Origin: Octopus vulgaris
Taxonomy: Eukaryota
Reading direction: 5' to 3'
DNA length: 64,000 nt
Assembly: GCA_951406725.2 (NCBI GenBank)
Contig: OX597826.1
Coordinates: 63,922,001 to 63,986,000, forward strand
The number at the start of each line of letters is the position of its first letter. Positions within the stretch are counted from its first letter, which is position 1. Under the pieces are notes generated by a model that was given only the letters and a program-made list of their open reading frames with translations, did no database searches and was not told where the DNA came from. The position numbers and the translations under genes are program-made. Positions 26,597 to 38,778 of this stretch are shown one piece after another.

Positions 26597-27856
26597 TTAG
26601 AGAGGGTTAGTCCATGGTAGTACAAGGGTTCAGTCAAATTATTAAAAAGACCACCAGAATATCCATATCACCATGGAGCAATATCCTAGATTCAATACCA
26701 TACATACCATACAGCAAAACAAAAAATACAGATGTTTGATGGGGATTTTGATGTGTAATGAGACAGCTCGTTAAACATACCAATTACAGAAACCAAAGAC
26801 TGAGAATATTAACTCAGTTCTATTTTTGTTGTCAAATGATGCAGTGCTTCTGTCTTCAAGCAATTTTCTCAATATCTATATTTTTATTTCATGCTTATTT
26901 TGTTTATCATTAATCTTGTATTGCTGCCAAATTTTGTATACTGTCTCTGATACCTTTGTTTAGTATTAGATATATTATGGTTGACACCTGAATAACCATA
27001 CTGAACTATAAAAATATAATTGGCTTCTTACTAGTACATGTGTCAGTTGTTTCATGGTCATGGGGCTCAGAAACCAAACTATCATGGAGAGAGAGAGAGA
27101 GAGAGAGAGATTTAAAGTTATGTAAACAATGATTTTTCCCCTTCACTTTTAATATAATAGGTATGGACAGTATGCTAATAGCTATTAGTGTCAGTAGCTT
27201 TCTTTCTGGGAGATGAAGTTTACTGCTGCAAGAATCAAGAATTCTGGCTAAATTACCATTGAGAAAAACAACTGAAAAATTTGATAATAGCATTAGCAAA
27301 TCCTAGAGTGCATTGCTGGGGTTTTATTTTGGACCTTGGATTTAACATTACAAACTTAATGGCTGAGGAAAACAGAAGACAGAATAGCAGAGAAAATTTC
27401 ATCTGAATGTGATTTGATTGAATTGAGGGAGAAATTGGAGGTAAAACAGATAGTCGATTTTAAAAAAAACTTGGCAGCCAGATGGCACTACAAACAGCTA
27501 TTTAGATTGAGTAGGGGAAGGATGCAAGATTGTTAGAAGTTGGGAGAAATGCAGTTAGCCACTAACTTGAACACATAGTTACAAAGGGGAGAACTTATTT
27601 TGCATGGAGTGAATAAATGTGTACTTTGAATTCCAGATCTTTCTGTTTTCAACCAAGTTGAATTAGGATTAGGTTTTTTTTTCTTTTATATTGAATCTTT
27701 ATAAAGTGAAGTACTTGCACTTGGAAGACTTATCAATGTGTAGAGTATACATCAGTATGAGGTATAAGTTCATATGTAGGCAGATGCATTTTCTCACATC
27801 ATAAGTATGCAAGATTGCATTTGTATGCCTTTCACCTGATCAACAAATCTTCCACT

Positions 27857-28077
27857 TTAACCCTTTTGACACCAGCCCATCTGAAACTGCCTCAGGCTTT
27901 ATAGTACAAATGTCTTGTTTTCAAAAGTTCTAATTAAAATCTTCCACCAAGTTACAGTTTATGTTCCTAACACTAGCTTAATCATAGCTAAGTTATTTAA
28001 CTCAATTCTTTGTTAAATTTAAAATTAACTCCAAGAAACTGAGCATCTCCACAGAAATATGGTAACAAAAGAGTTAA
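27857..28077 (-). mobile_element. piggyBac-type MITE family B
   Basis: TTAA-CCCTTTTGAC...ACAAAAGAG-TTAA; reverse complement of 19918-20145. Confidence 0.75.
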
Positions 28078-29324
28078 TACCTTTTGGACACTAATCCTCC
28101 TGATACACTGTAAGATCCCTCTATTTGCCACTTTTACTAATGCTATAAAAGAAACTGCTCATCTGACCTTTATAATAATAATATTACTCCCTAATATTAT
28201 TATTATTATTATTATATATATTTGTGTATCTGTTTTAGTGTTTGTGCCCTCCCCACATGCTGGACAATTGGTGTTGATTTATGTTCCCCTAGCTCAGCAT
28301 TCCAACAAAACAGACTGATATAAATCAAAAACTAAAAAAAAATAAAGGAGCTTTTCTGTTTAAAATCTCCACAGGTGCAGCCAAAGTTTAGTGAAAATTT
28401 TAAAATTTGATGTATTGATGTAATTTTCCACACAGAATTTCAGGGGCTAATTAAATTTTTCCAGAAAAAGTTTTTAAAAGTTACTGAGGTTTAAAGTTTG
28501 ATAATTTTAAGGAAGCAGATACCTATGTCTGTGACTTTCAATTGATTAAAATTACCCAAAATTTGCAAACTTTAAAAGCTATTAATTCTTTATTTATTGA
28601 TTTATGGCAAAAATGAATTTCATGTCAATAGTTACTTTACAAAATTACACCAATACACCAAATATGAAATCAATGGAACAAGAACTGAAGAAATTGAAAA
28701 GTGGCAGCCAAACACAGAAGATCCAAAATAAGTCTTGGGGATGTTTTGTTCAACTAAACACTTCAAAGCAATGCTCCAGCATGACCACAATCCAATGATT
28801 GAAACAAGTAATAAGAGAAAAAATAATAGAAATAAAATGTTAAATCAGCAGGAAAAATAAACTATGGCAAAGTATCTGGTGGTTGCTGAAAAGTAATTAT
28901 TTTTCAGTGTTCATATATTTAAGCCTTATCTAGAATGACAAAATACTTTACCCACACATTTTGTTATGTTATATAAAATCTGTGACACTGTTTTAAAAAT
29001 AAATATTAAGTAATTTGGAAGCAAAAACAATTCCCTCAAGGAAATTTAATGTTTAAACACTTCAATATATAGTATGTTGTATTTTGACTGTCAGTGTTTA
29101 AAAGAGGCTGAAAATCTCAGACATCTACAGTTTTCCTTGAGAAGGCTTAAACCAAAAGTATTAGTGGAATACAGAGAAAAAGAGTTGGGAAGTTTATAAC
29201 GCAAGCAAAGTAAACTAGCTACATCTGGGAATCTAAACCAGGTCATGGACTTTGTTTGGCAGCTATTTAATTTCTTCAACACTAAAAGTATTACTCTATA
29301 TTTTTGAGATGAGTGATTATGTAC

Positions 29325-30078
29325 AGCCTTCATCAGGTGTTCTGGTGGAATTTCGAACCCAACCCTTTAACTAATGGGATACACTGTTCTCATTCCTAAG
29401 GTATGTTGCTGATATTATTTTTCTGTTAATATTAGTTTTCAAGTCCCTGCCTGAGCTTAGAATCCAAGGGTTAGTAGCCCGTGCTATTATCCACTACACT
29501 ATAAGCCTGTGGGCAATTACAGAGTGAATTTTAGGGCTTATAAACCTAGTATTTTATCTTTTCTTAATACTGATTCCCCTATTACATTCATATCTCCACT
29601 AGGTCTGCTTAGGAGGTTATTACTTCCTAACATATGTGCAGCATCGTTTAATTTTCATATTTTCCAGTGGTGTTCTCAATCAATTATTTTAACTTCATCT
29701 TACAAGGGGGAAGTGGTCTCCATTTTACCATACATGACTTTTATACCAGATTTTTCAACATATCCTTGTGTCACAGCTTTACGATGTTCCTCTACCCTTA
29801 TTTTAAGGGGGCAGCATGTTTTGCCTTTGTATAACCTACCACAACTACATGGGATAGAGTACACGCAGTTTTTGGTCATATTCTCTTCTTTGGGTGGTTT
29901 TGCTCAACAGAAAACAACATCAACAGAAAAATAAAATCAGCAACATATCTTAGGAAGGAGAACAGTGTACCCCATTAATTAAATAAAGGGTTGGGTTCGA
30001 TATTCCACCAGAACACCTGAATGTTGTGATAACAACAAACAAGGCGAGAACACCTATCCATCTATTGTAAATTATGTA
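29325..30078 (-). mobile_element. Penelope-like retroelement 3' fragment with GIY-YIG endonuclease remnant and inverted pLTR
   Basis: Minus strand from 29900 translates KPPKEENMTKNCVYSIPCSCGRLYKGKTCCPLKIRVEEHRKAV...EKSG, later (frameshifted) DEVKIID.EHHWK...KL.DAAHML; flanked by inverted copies 29330-29425 / 29925-30020. Confidence 0.8.
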
Positions 30079-30220
30079 CTAAAAGTATTATTTGCCACAA
30101 ATACATGTTCTAGTGAAACAACACCTGATGTCATCGAGCTAGATATAAACGGTGCCATAAAGGGACAAGACAAAGTCTTCTCTTTCTTTCTTATATAATT
30201 TATATATTTGGAGCAGTAAT

Positions 30221-30454
30221 TAGGAAGTGAGATGACAAATGAATAAAGAATAAACAATTATTTTATAAACTTCATTAGCTTACAACCGTTTCAACTATAA
30301 GATGCAGTGGACTCGTAGTTGAGTGCCTGAGTAACACCTTATAGCTCCAATGAAGCTTTAAGGCGTTACTCCATTACATCTTATAGCAGAAACATCTGTA
30401 AGCTAATGAAGTTCATAAAATAATTGCTTATCTCTTTATCATCTCACTTTCTTA
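30221..30454. mobile_element. palindromic Penelope-like terminus with degenerate hammerhead
   Basis: Arms about 30221-30310 / 30371-30454; TAGCT-CCAATGA-AGCT...AGCA-GAAAC-ATCT-GTA-AGCTA at 30342-30405. Confidence 0.55.
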
Positions 30455-30480
30455 TACAATTTATAAATATTATCATTTTT

Positions 30481-31111
30481 GGATCTTTTCCTTTTGAACG
30501 GCAGACAATTTCTAGTTAACTATAAACACTTTAAAACTTCGTATACTGGTAGAATGTGTCAAAATAAAACATTTTTTTTCTCTTGGCTTTCTTGAGAAAA
30601 TTGTAATTTGCTTGTTTAACGTTGTTTAATTTTTCGAATTTTAACCAATCCTATGCTCTCTTTTGAACCAAAATCATTTGCTGCGTCTAAAACTGAGACA
30701 ACATCCTGTAACTAACCCTAAACCTCCACCTAACCCTACATTTTTTTTTCTTAATTGTTAAATCAATTTAATTGTTACGCGTGTAAAAAAACTAAAGCAA
30801 TGGAATTAAATTAATTTAACAATTAAGAAAAAAAAAATTTAGGGTTAGGGGGGAGGTTTAGGGTTAGTTACAGGATGTTGTCTCAGTTTTAGACGCAGCA
30901 AATTATTTTAGTTGAATGGAGGTAATCGATTGGTTAAAATTGCCGAAATGCTCGGATTTTCAGACGAAATATCTTACAAACTATAGAATTTTCTCAATAA
31001 AACCAAGAGAAAATGATGTTTTATAAATACATTCTACCGGTATACGAAGTTTAAAAGTGTTTAGTTAACTAGAAATTGTGTTGACATGTGCCGTTCAAAA
31101 GGAAAAGATCC
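30481..31111. mobile_element. foldback MITE (~630 bp, ~295-bp arms) with internal TTAGGG-like units
   Basis: GGATCTTTTCCTTTTGAACGGCA...TGCCGTTCAAAAGGAAAAGATCC; arms pair almost to a ~30-bp loop at 30774-30803. Confidence 0.85.
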
Positions 31112-31300
31112 CAAATATTAAAATACACACACACCAAAAGTTTGTATCAATCTAGTTTACTTCGAGTTTCCAACATGAGTAGAATAATGCGGTTGGGATA
31201 CGTAACTTGTAGAAATACTGCATCTAGAACACAAGCGATGGAAACAAGGAAATAATTCCATTAGAATAACGTAAAAGAAATAACTATATATATATATTTA

Positions 31301-31394
31301 AGGGTGGAGGTAAAGAATACGTACACCACCCGTTTTCGGCGTGACAAAATCCCTAACCCTAAATACCGAGTGTACATATTCTTTATTTTCGCCT
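31301..31394. repeat. small inverted repeat / mini-MITE containing CCCTAACCCTAA
   Basis: TAAAGAATACGTACAC vs GTGTACATATTCTTTA. Confidence 0.55.
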
Positions 31395-31518
31395 ATTAAA
31401 GCATTTCATCCATAATTGTTAGTACGACAAAATATATCATAGATTAAATATCTTTATTCACTCCCGAATTTATCTTGCGCCCAGTCATAACTTCTTTTTG
31501 AATTTGTTACCCACAGGT

Positions 31519-31848
31519 GTGAGAGAGAGAGAGAGAGAGAGAGAAACAGACAGGACGAGCGAGGGAGGGAGAGAGAGAGAGTGAGAGAAACAGACAGACA
31601 GGGGGAGAGAGGGAGAGAGAGGGAGAGAAACAGACAGACAAGAGGAGGGAGGGAGAGAGAGAATGAGAGAAACAGACAGACAGACAAGAGGAGGGAGGGA
31701 GAGAGAGAATGAGAGAAACAGACAGACAGACAGGAGGAGGGAGGGAGAGAGAAAATGAGAGAAACAGACAGACAGACAGGAGGAGGGAGGGAGAGAGAGA
31801 ATGAGAGAAACAGAGAGACAGACAGGACGAGGGAGGGAGAGAGAGAGG
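31519..31848. repeat. purine-rich minisatellite, ~46-bp unit (GAGAGAAACAGACAGACAGACAAGAGGAGGGAGGGAGAGAGAGAAT), about 6 copies
   Basis: Direct reading. Confidence 0.9.
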
Positions 31849-31855
31849 ATGTGTC

Positions 31856-31863
31856 CAATCAGC
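31856..31863. promoter_or_regulatory. CCAAT box (CCAATCAG), possible promoter element of the HMG-box gene
   Basis: NF-Y-type consensus inside the CpG-retaining zone upstream of the gene; TSS not located. Confidence 0.25.
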
Positions 31864-34800
31864 GTTAATTTGCAGAAATTTGTTCTGTTGAAGAACGCCC
31901 GATGGAACCATTTAACCATATTTCTGTTGAAATACAGTTTTTGCTTCAACTAATTTCGAAAATTATGAAGAGCTTAGTAAAATAATTTTGTCATTAATTA
32001 AGCTGGTTCAATTTCCATTAATGTATTATTTATACCTTTTCTTCCAAAATTTTTTATGTATTTTAAAGATTTCGTTTAGGCATAGCGATACTACTAATAT
32101 GATGTTAGAATTCAATAGACACACACTTCAGAATTAAGTACTATGAAATTAATGGAATGGCAAGGGAACAAGAATTATGTAATAAACTTCGTTTATGTAA
32201 TTATTTTGACTACATGTGTACTAAAGAGCAAGACGGATTTGGAGAAGAGGAATCTGACACAGAAAAAGTATGTGAATCGATGGAAGGATGTGATAAAAAA
32301 AGGTGGGTGTGAGTAACCCTGCTTGGTCATCATGAAAGGAGAAAATAGTCTCTGGGCTCTTAGGCTGTCGGGTAAGAATCCTGACTGTGATATACCTATC
32401 TGGCCAAAATCATTTTTATTTTTTAAAAAAAGGAGAAAAGTAAAGTCTAGTATCATAATCAACATATGTAAATATCAAACGAACAACGTAAACTTTTTGT
32501 AATTATGTTTTGTATTGTAATGTACTATCTCTGTAACGATTTTTATAATCATAATAAAGATTTCATACATGTGTACTTTAAAGACGAGAGCCGAAGTGTA
32601 AAAGCAAGAAGCTTCCGAGAGAGACGTGAGGAATGTCATCACAACTTCAAGACATTTTACGTCAGGTAACCTGAAATGCCTTGAAAATGCAATTAAACGC
32701 CGCTTAACAGACTCTGGGAAATGCATGCACGCCACAACACCATTTCGCTCCTTTTCTAAACACAAGGCCTTCTACTTAGTCAAAAACAAATCAACACTAT
32801 TGTATAATAATAATAATAATAATAATTGTGTACAGTGCTCAGGTGCACTACAAATAAAAAAAAAACTTTACAAGAGCCTCAGGGCAAGATTGAACCTTTG
32901 GCCAAAGGGTATATGTGTTGCTGTGTCCACATCTTTACCCACAAGACCATTGAGACAACTATTTATCTACGGGTAAGTATAGTGGAACACGAATATTCCA
33001 AAGTGAAGTATGCCCACACAACTCCCGGAGAAAGGCATAAATCTCACACCTTCCCACAAAGGTGAAGCTTCCTTCTTGAGGGAAAATGAACACGCTTCAC
33101 TAAAAGTTACTGGACGAGACCATAAGGCGTTATTATTGTATTGAACTCGGTACCTGACTGTTGAGTTTAAATTCGAGTGGGGGGAACAACTTAATTCATC
33201 TCCTTTGAGGAATGACAGCCTGACAAGTTAATTGCAGACTGATAAGGTAATTAATAAATAAATTAGCAGTAACAGACTAGATTCGATTCAACTAATTTCC
33301 ATCCTCCCTACAGCAATAAGAATTGGTATTCTAGCAATTAGATGGTTTTCTCAAGATAAAGGTTACAGTTATGAAATATAAAATCTAAACACTCAAGAAT
33401 TAACATGTGTAGCTGTAAACTTTATAACAGGGTTCCTATTAATTTTACAGAGAAACAAAAGAGAAATATATACAAGTGTAAAACATTTGAACAATTGCAC
33501 TTGTTTAATTCAAACAATGCAACAAAATTAACAAAACTATATAAATGCTTTGAGCTTCCTTTTTTCAGAAAAAAAAAATGAGAAAAGATGATATATAAAA
33601 ACTGAAAAATGTGTATCATCAATTTGAACACAGAAACGTATGTAATCACATACAAACCTATATTCACACATATTGCGTATATACAGATATGTATGTGTGT
33701 GTATAGATAGATACACACACACATACATACATACATACTTCACACACATACTTCACACACATATTTACACAGACAAGAAGAATAAAAAATCTCAAATATG
33801 TGAAACACAAATCGGAGGAAAAAAAAGGGAGGATATTTTTTGGTCTCCAAAATTGGGACCCTATTGAAGGATATCCACATATACATACACTTCAGAATTA
33901 AGTATATAAAATTAATAGAATGGCAAGGGAACAAGAATTATGTAATAAACTTAGTTTATGTAATTATTTTGACTACATGTGTTCTTTAAAGACCGAGAGC
34001 CGAAGTGTAAAAGCAAGAAGCTTCCGAGAGAGACGTGAGGAATGTCATGACAAGTCCAAGACATTTTACACACACACACATATATAAACATATACACACA
34101 CACATATATATAAACATATACACCGACGTACATTTGTGTGTGTGTATAATATAGACACAAACATATATACACACGTGTGTATATGGATGAATATACACAT
34201 ACATGAGGAATTACTCCCCTCTTTTACCTGTGGTGTTCATTGAAGCGTTAAATGGTGACAGAAAGAATCGTCTTTAAAGTAATGATGCCAGCTGGGAGAT
34301 ATAGTTTCGATTTGAAGCAATTTTTTTTTAATCATTTGCGTTATCCCTCGTTTCATCATATTTTATATATTTAGTTACCACAGGAAATCTATGTATTTAA
34401 GAAAATTATAATAGCTTCCAAATAAATTCAATAATTGAAATGATAGCCCCCCCCTCCTTCCTGCCATTTATTATACAAGACCATTTCTTTGAAACTTTAG
34501 TTATCTTCAAGACATAACTAAATAAAAAAAAGGCGTTCCTTTAGTTTACACTCGGAAATTTAGTGCTCCAAAAACCTGTAGTTTCTTCTCATTTGTATGT
34601 TTTAAGCATCGTAAATTACGATTCTGAAAAAAAAAATGAGTTGGGGGGGGGTATTACTCCCCAGCCCAGCTTACCCCAAACTTCCACCCCCGCCTCGATT
34701 CATGTCACATATATTTTTGAAGAAGAATAAAAAAAAATCTCAAATATGTAAAACACAAATCGGAGGAATAAAAGGATAGGATATATTTTGGTCCTCCAAA

Positions 34801-35849
34801 ATTGTGGCCCTTTTGAAGGATAGAAAATCGAAATCTACGATATTTCAGATCCAATCCGAAGAAATTATGGTTTTGTTCGCACTGTATAATTTCCGACTGC
34901 ATTTTCTGTTTTTTTTATATATTTAATTTATTTTAAGAACCTAATTAACTTGAATAATGTATTCGTATTCTTGAAATAATTTCTTGAATACTTGGAGTGC
35001 AATACAATTCGCTTTTGGTAAAGTATTCTTTAAAATGTATAAGGAATATAACAATTCAAAAAAAAAAAACAAATTATGACGAAAGGCAAGACTGTGTGCT
35101 TAAGCTATATAACTTTAAAAAAGTTTTTCTCAACAATTTTCAATCGAATATTCAAAATAAATTTAAAAAATTGAACCTAAAACAATTGATGTTTTATATA
35201 TTACAAACCTTACAGCAATACCGCAAGAATCACGAGTTTTGTAATCTTATCCAAGTCCTTCAGGTGGGAGAGAAAAAAAAAACTGTATCACCGACAAAAC
35301 CTTCAATTCCAATCAATTCTTGTATTTTGGTACATTATTATTCGTATTAGCTGGATTTTTTTTTTATTAAGTGAATTAAGAATTTTTTCTGTTTTTGAAG
35401 CACAAGTTTTTTAGTTCCTTACTTCCAAGCGAAATGAGGTTTTTAAATATAAACACATGTAAGAGGATATAAAAATATAAAATCTATAACATGTCATCAT
35501 CAATGGTGTGTCTAATAATGTCTATTTCACTGTCCTGTTTAATAATGTTTATTTCACGATCCTTTCTATAATACTGCGTCTCTTATGAAATATCATAGTC
35601 AAGAAACAAAACAATAAAAACCACCAACATTTTGAAGCCAGTCACTCATATTTCTTTAAAGTCTAAACAACAAATACCAGTTCACCTCTGTTCCTGTTTT
35701 CTTGGGACATTAAGGAATAGTTTGCGGAAGATTTTGCTGCTATTTCTGACCTATTAACCATTTCTGATAAATTACACAAGACAAAAATGCTTATTACAAA
35801 GCAAAATATGTTTAGTTTTTAAATATCTTGTTTGCTAGTCGCAAATACT

Positions 35850-37125
35850 ATCCCGGGACCCACAGCAGACATAACAAGCTCCATCTCTGCTGTGGTCACT
35901 ACAACTTACATATATATAACAGAAAAGATTGAACGATAAGGGATACATAACATGCCCAGTATGACAAACATTGAATCGCAATAAATCAATGCATGTCGGA
36001 GACAATTGTTTGATACTCAAATGAAGACGATGACATGGAAAATCCGCAGCACTAGATATGCTATGTGAATTATATTCAGACATTTGGCATGACCAGGTTC
36101 AGCACAACGGCTAAAAACCGAGTTTGCCGCCCTTCTTTGATGTTTCACATCAAAATATAGTTCACAGAAATTGGAGGGAAATAAGGGAATTTTCATAATT
36201 GTGAAATCATGAGGAAAGTCCTGTTGTTAAAAATAAAGCTCTTATGGATCCTGTTAATGGTCAGGGTCTAAATTCAACTAAATGAAATGGATTTCGAGTC
36301 ATAAATAATAATAATATTTATTAAAAGAAGTGAAATAAACTTTGTTTTATTGAACGGTAAGTGAAATAAACTTTGACGGATAGTAAACTTTACATCTTGC
36401 TTTGGAAATTTTGTTAAAATTTAACAACATATGCATTAATTCATTTAAGCTTTGATGGATTTATCATTTATCTTACTCCTCGGTCTCTTTAATTGCTGTT
36501 GCTTATTGAAATGTGTATTTAAGTTTATCAATCTTTTTGACATCAATATCTAATTAAATCACCAGCCAATTTTGGGACTAAGTACAGCCTTCCCCACAGA
36601 GATGTGGTAGCTAAAGATTTAAACAGTATCGTAGGCAGATGGTGCACATTAAGACTAGCATATTCTGATAAAGGGTTTTCGATGCAAAAGGGATTTCTCT
36701 ATTGCATTACAATGTTGATAATTGAACTTCTGACAACCTGATCGATTATTCATATCGGCAATATCTTTTATTGACAATATACCAGACAAGGTATTGGTCC
36801 CTTGATTCCTATTCTTGGGCGAATGAGAGGACTTGATGCTTAGTTTTGAAAGACTTGGCGTACGAAATCTCTTGGAAAGAGGTTCTCGAGCAGAGAAGAG
36901 TTGAACTAATAAATATCGTAGGCTCAGATTTAATTTACGCTTCAGGATTTAATAAGATAGTTTGTTACACAATGACTCAGCCTCAATGAATTAGTGTTGC
37001 CAGCGCACACAGTGCGAAATTGTGGTGAGGTTCTCATTTAAGAACAACACCCAAGAACTGTAAAAATAATCTCTGCTACAGGTGCTCAACAAGAAAACTC
37101 GGAAGGCTGCACTGAGGACTATATC
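35850..37125 (+). pseudogene. highly degenerate piggyBac transposase relic
   Basis: Colinear motif remnants across frames: MFHIKI*FTEIG, NGFRVIN, LWKF, HLSFDG, QYLIKSPANFGTKY, VDN*TS, TRYWSL, ISWKEVLEQ, RTQCEI, CKNNLCYRC (Cys-rich C-terminus). Confidence 0.5.
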
Positions 37126-37334
37126 CTGTTTATAGTGCACAAATACTGGCTCTTCCCCGCGCTTGAACTGGAAATGCTCAAACATGAGCTGGAAATTGAA
37201 GTCAATTGTGAAAAAAAAATAATAATAAATAAGGGGTGATAAATGATCTGATTTTTACTTGTTGGCAGAGCGATCACCGAAGGCATGTGGCTTATGTGAA
37301 GTGATTGTATAATGAAGGAAGTAAAATGGGGAAA

Positions 37335-37732
37335 TCTATATATATAAAAGTGAAGTTGTGTGTCTGTCTCCTACGATTTAGATTCCTAACTACTCCCACA
37401 TTTTGCGGTGCAGTTTAACCAAAACCGGGTATCTTATAGTCGTGATTCATATCGAGCCCTTCTGGGTATTAGCGCGCGTCTACGATGAGTCTACAATTTA
37501 AAAAAAAATTTACCATCATTTTTTTTCCATTTTAATGCATTTTTTCGCTATTATATAAGGGAAGTAACTCTCTAAAAATGTCTACGATGAGTCAACGATT
37601 TAAAAAAAATTTACCATCATTTTTTTTACTTTTTTAATGCATTTTTTTGCTATCTTTTGGCTATAACTCTCTAAAAATGCTTATATAGTTATTTCCCTTA
37701 CAAACCCGAGCAACGCCGGGCGATACTGCTAG
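37335..37732 (+). mobile_element. non-autonomous Helitron (chimeric)
   Basis: A|TCTATATATATAAAAG...CCCGAGCAACGCCGGG-CGATACTG-CTAG|T; 3' part shared with 21401/41145. Confidence 0.85.
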
Positions 37733-38377
37733 TGTATAATAAAAAAAAAAAACGAAATTCTTTTTTGAATTTAAAGTGAATAGGTTTGGTGAAGTGCAAA
37801 ACTATTAGCACCTTAAATCTAATGTTTCAACTGCTGTTTACCACAGGTTCACCTCCACCCCATGAAATTTTATCTATAACAAAAGATATGACCATCTTTT
37901 CTTTCCATTTTTCGAGTCTGGTATGTCTTGGACAACATTATGTCTTTCTTTTTAAGACAGCACGGTGTTATTTGAGAGAGATTCAGCTACTATTTCTATC
38001 ATGTTGAGCGATTACATAAAGACTCGCCTGGGTGAGATTTACATACACCGATGTTTTTTCTATCTTGACTACGTATCAATCCTTCTGTCTGGAGACATGT
38101 ACCCTCTTTCGTAGTCTTAAATTAATAACTTCAATGACATCCAGGATGCTGCATAAAAATATTAAACTGACCCGTTTCTTCTTGTAACCATCTTTCATAC
38201 ATTGTACATGTCAGATGGATGATGGACAGAATGAAATAACCTGCATTAAATATATAAGAAAAAAGAAAAATAATCGGTTTAGTAAACTGAAATCAAATAA
38301 GTTATACAGAGCAATAATGCCCAATGCATTTAGTAAATACTGTGAACGTTCTGTTCTTGTGTTTGACGGCAGGTTAA

Positions 38378-38778
38378 TCTCTCTATATATATAAAGCTGA
38401 AGTTGTCTGTGTATGGCAGGTTTGGTAGCCTTCAACTAACACTATCTCCTCCGAGACCCTGCGGTGCAAGTTGACCAAAATTGAGAGTATGATAGAAGAA
38501 GGCTTGCTCTTCATTCTTTAGAAGATAAAATTCAAATCGGACCATGTTAACACCAAAATTTATTTACATCAAAAAAGTGATTTTTTTCTATGAAAATCCC
38601 TATTTTTTACGATCTTTTGACTGCTGTGTCGCCCTTTTTTCGGTGTATTTCAACCAGAAAAATGTTCACTTAAGGAGAACAACAAGCTACATAATGCAGA
38701 AATTTTACTTTTCAAAAATCCCAATTCTAAAGGGCCGAAAAGAAAACAAGCCCGAGCAATGCTGGGCTATACTGCTAG
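38378..38778 (+). mobile_element. non-autonomous Helitron
   Basis: A|TCTCTCTATATATATAAAGCTGAAG...CCCGAGCAATGCTGGG-CTATACTG-CTAG|T. Confidence 0.8.

Noticed and set aside
29509-29934. 141-aa plus-strand ORF
   Set aside because: Antisense shadow of the Penelope GIY-YIG remnant
30711-30868. Telomere or chromosome-fusion site (CCCTAA...TTAGGG)
   Set aside because: Only a few imperfect units, symmetric within a foldback element
31454-31949. Three 134-154 aa Ser/Leu-rich ORFs
   Set aside because: Artefacts of the GA-rich minisatellite; open in all three minus frames
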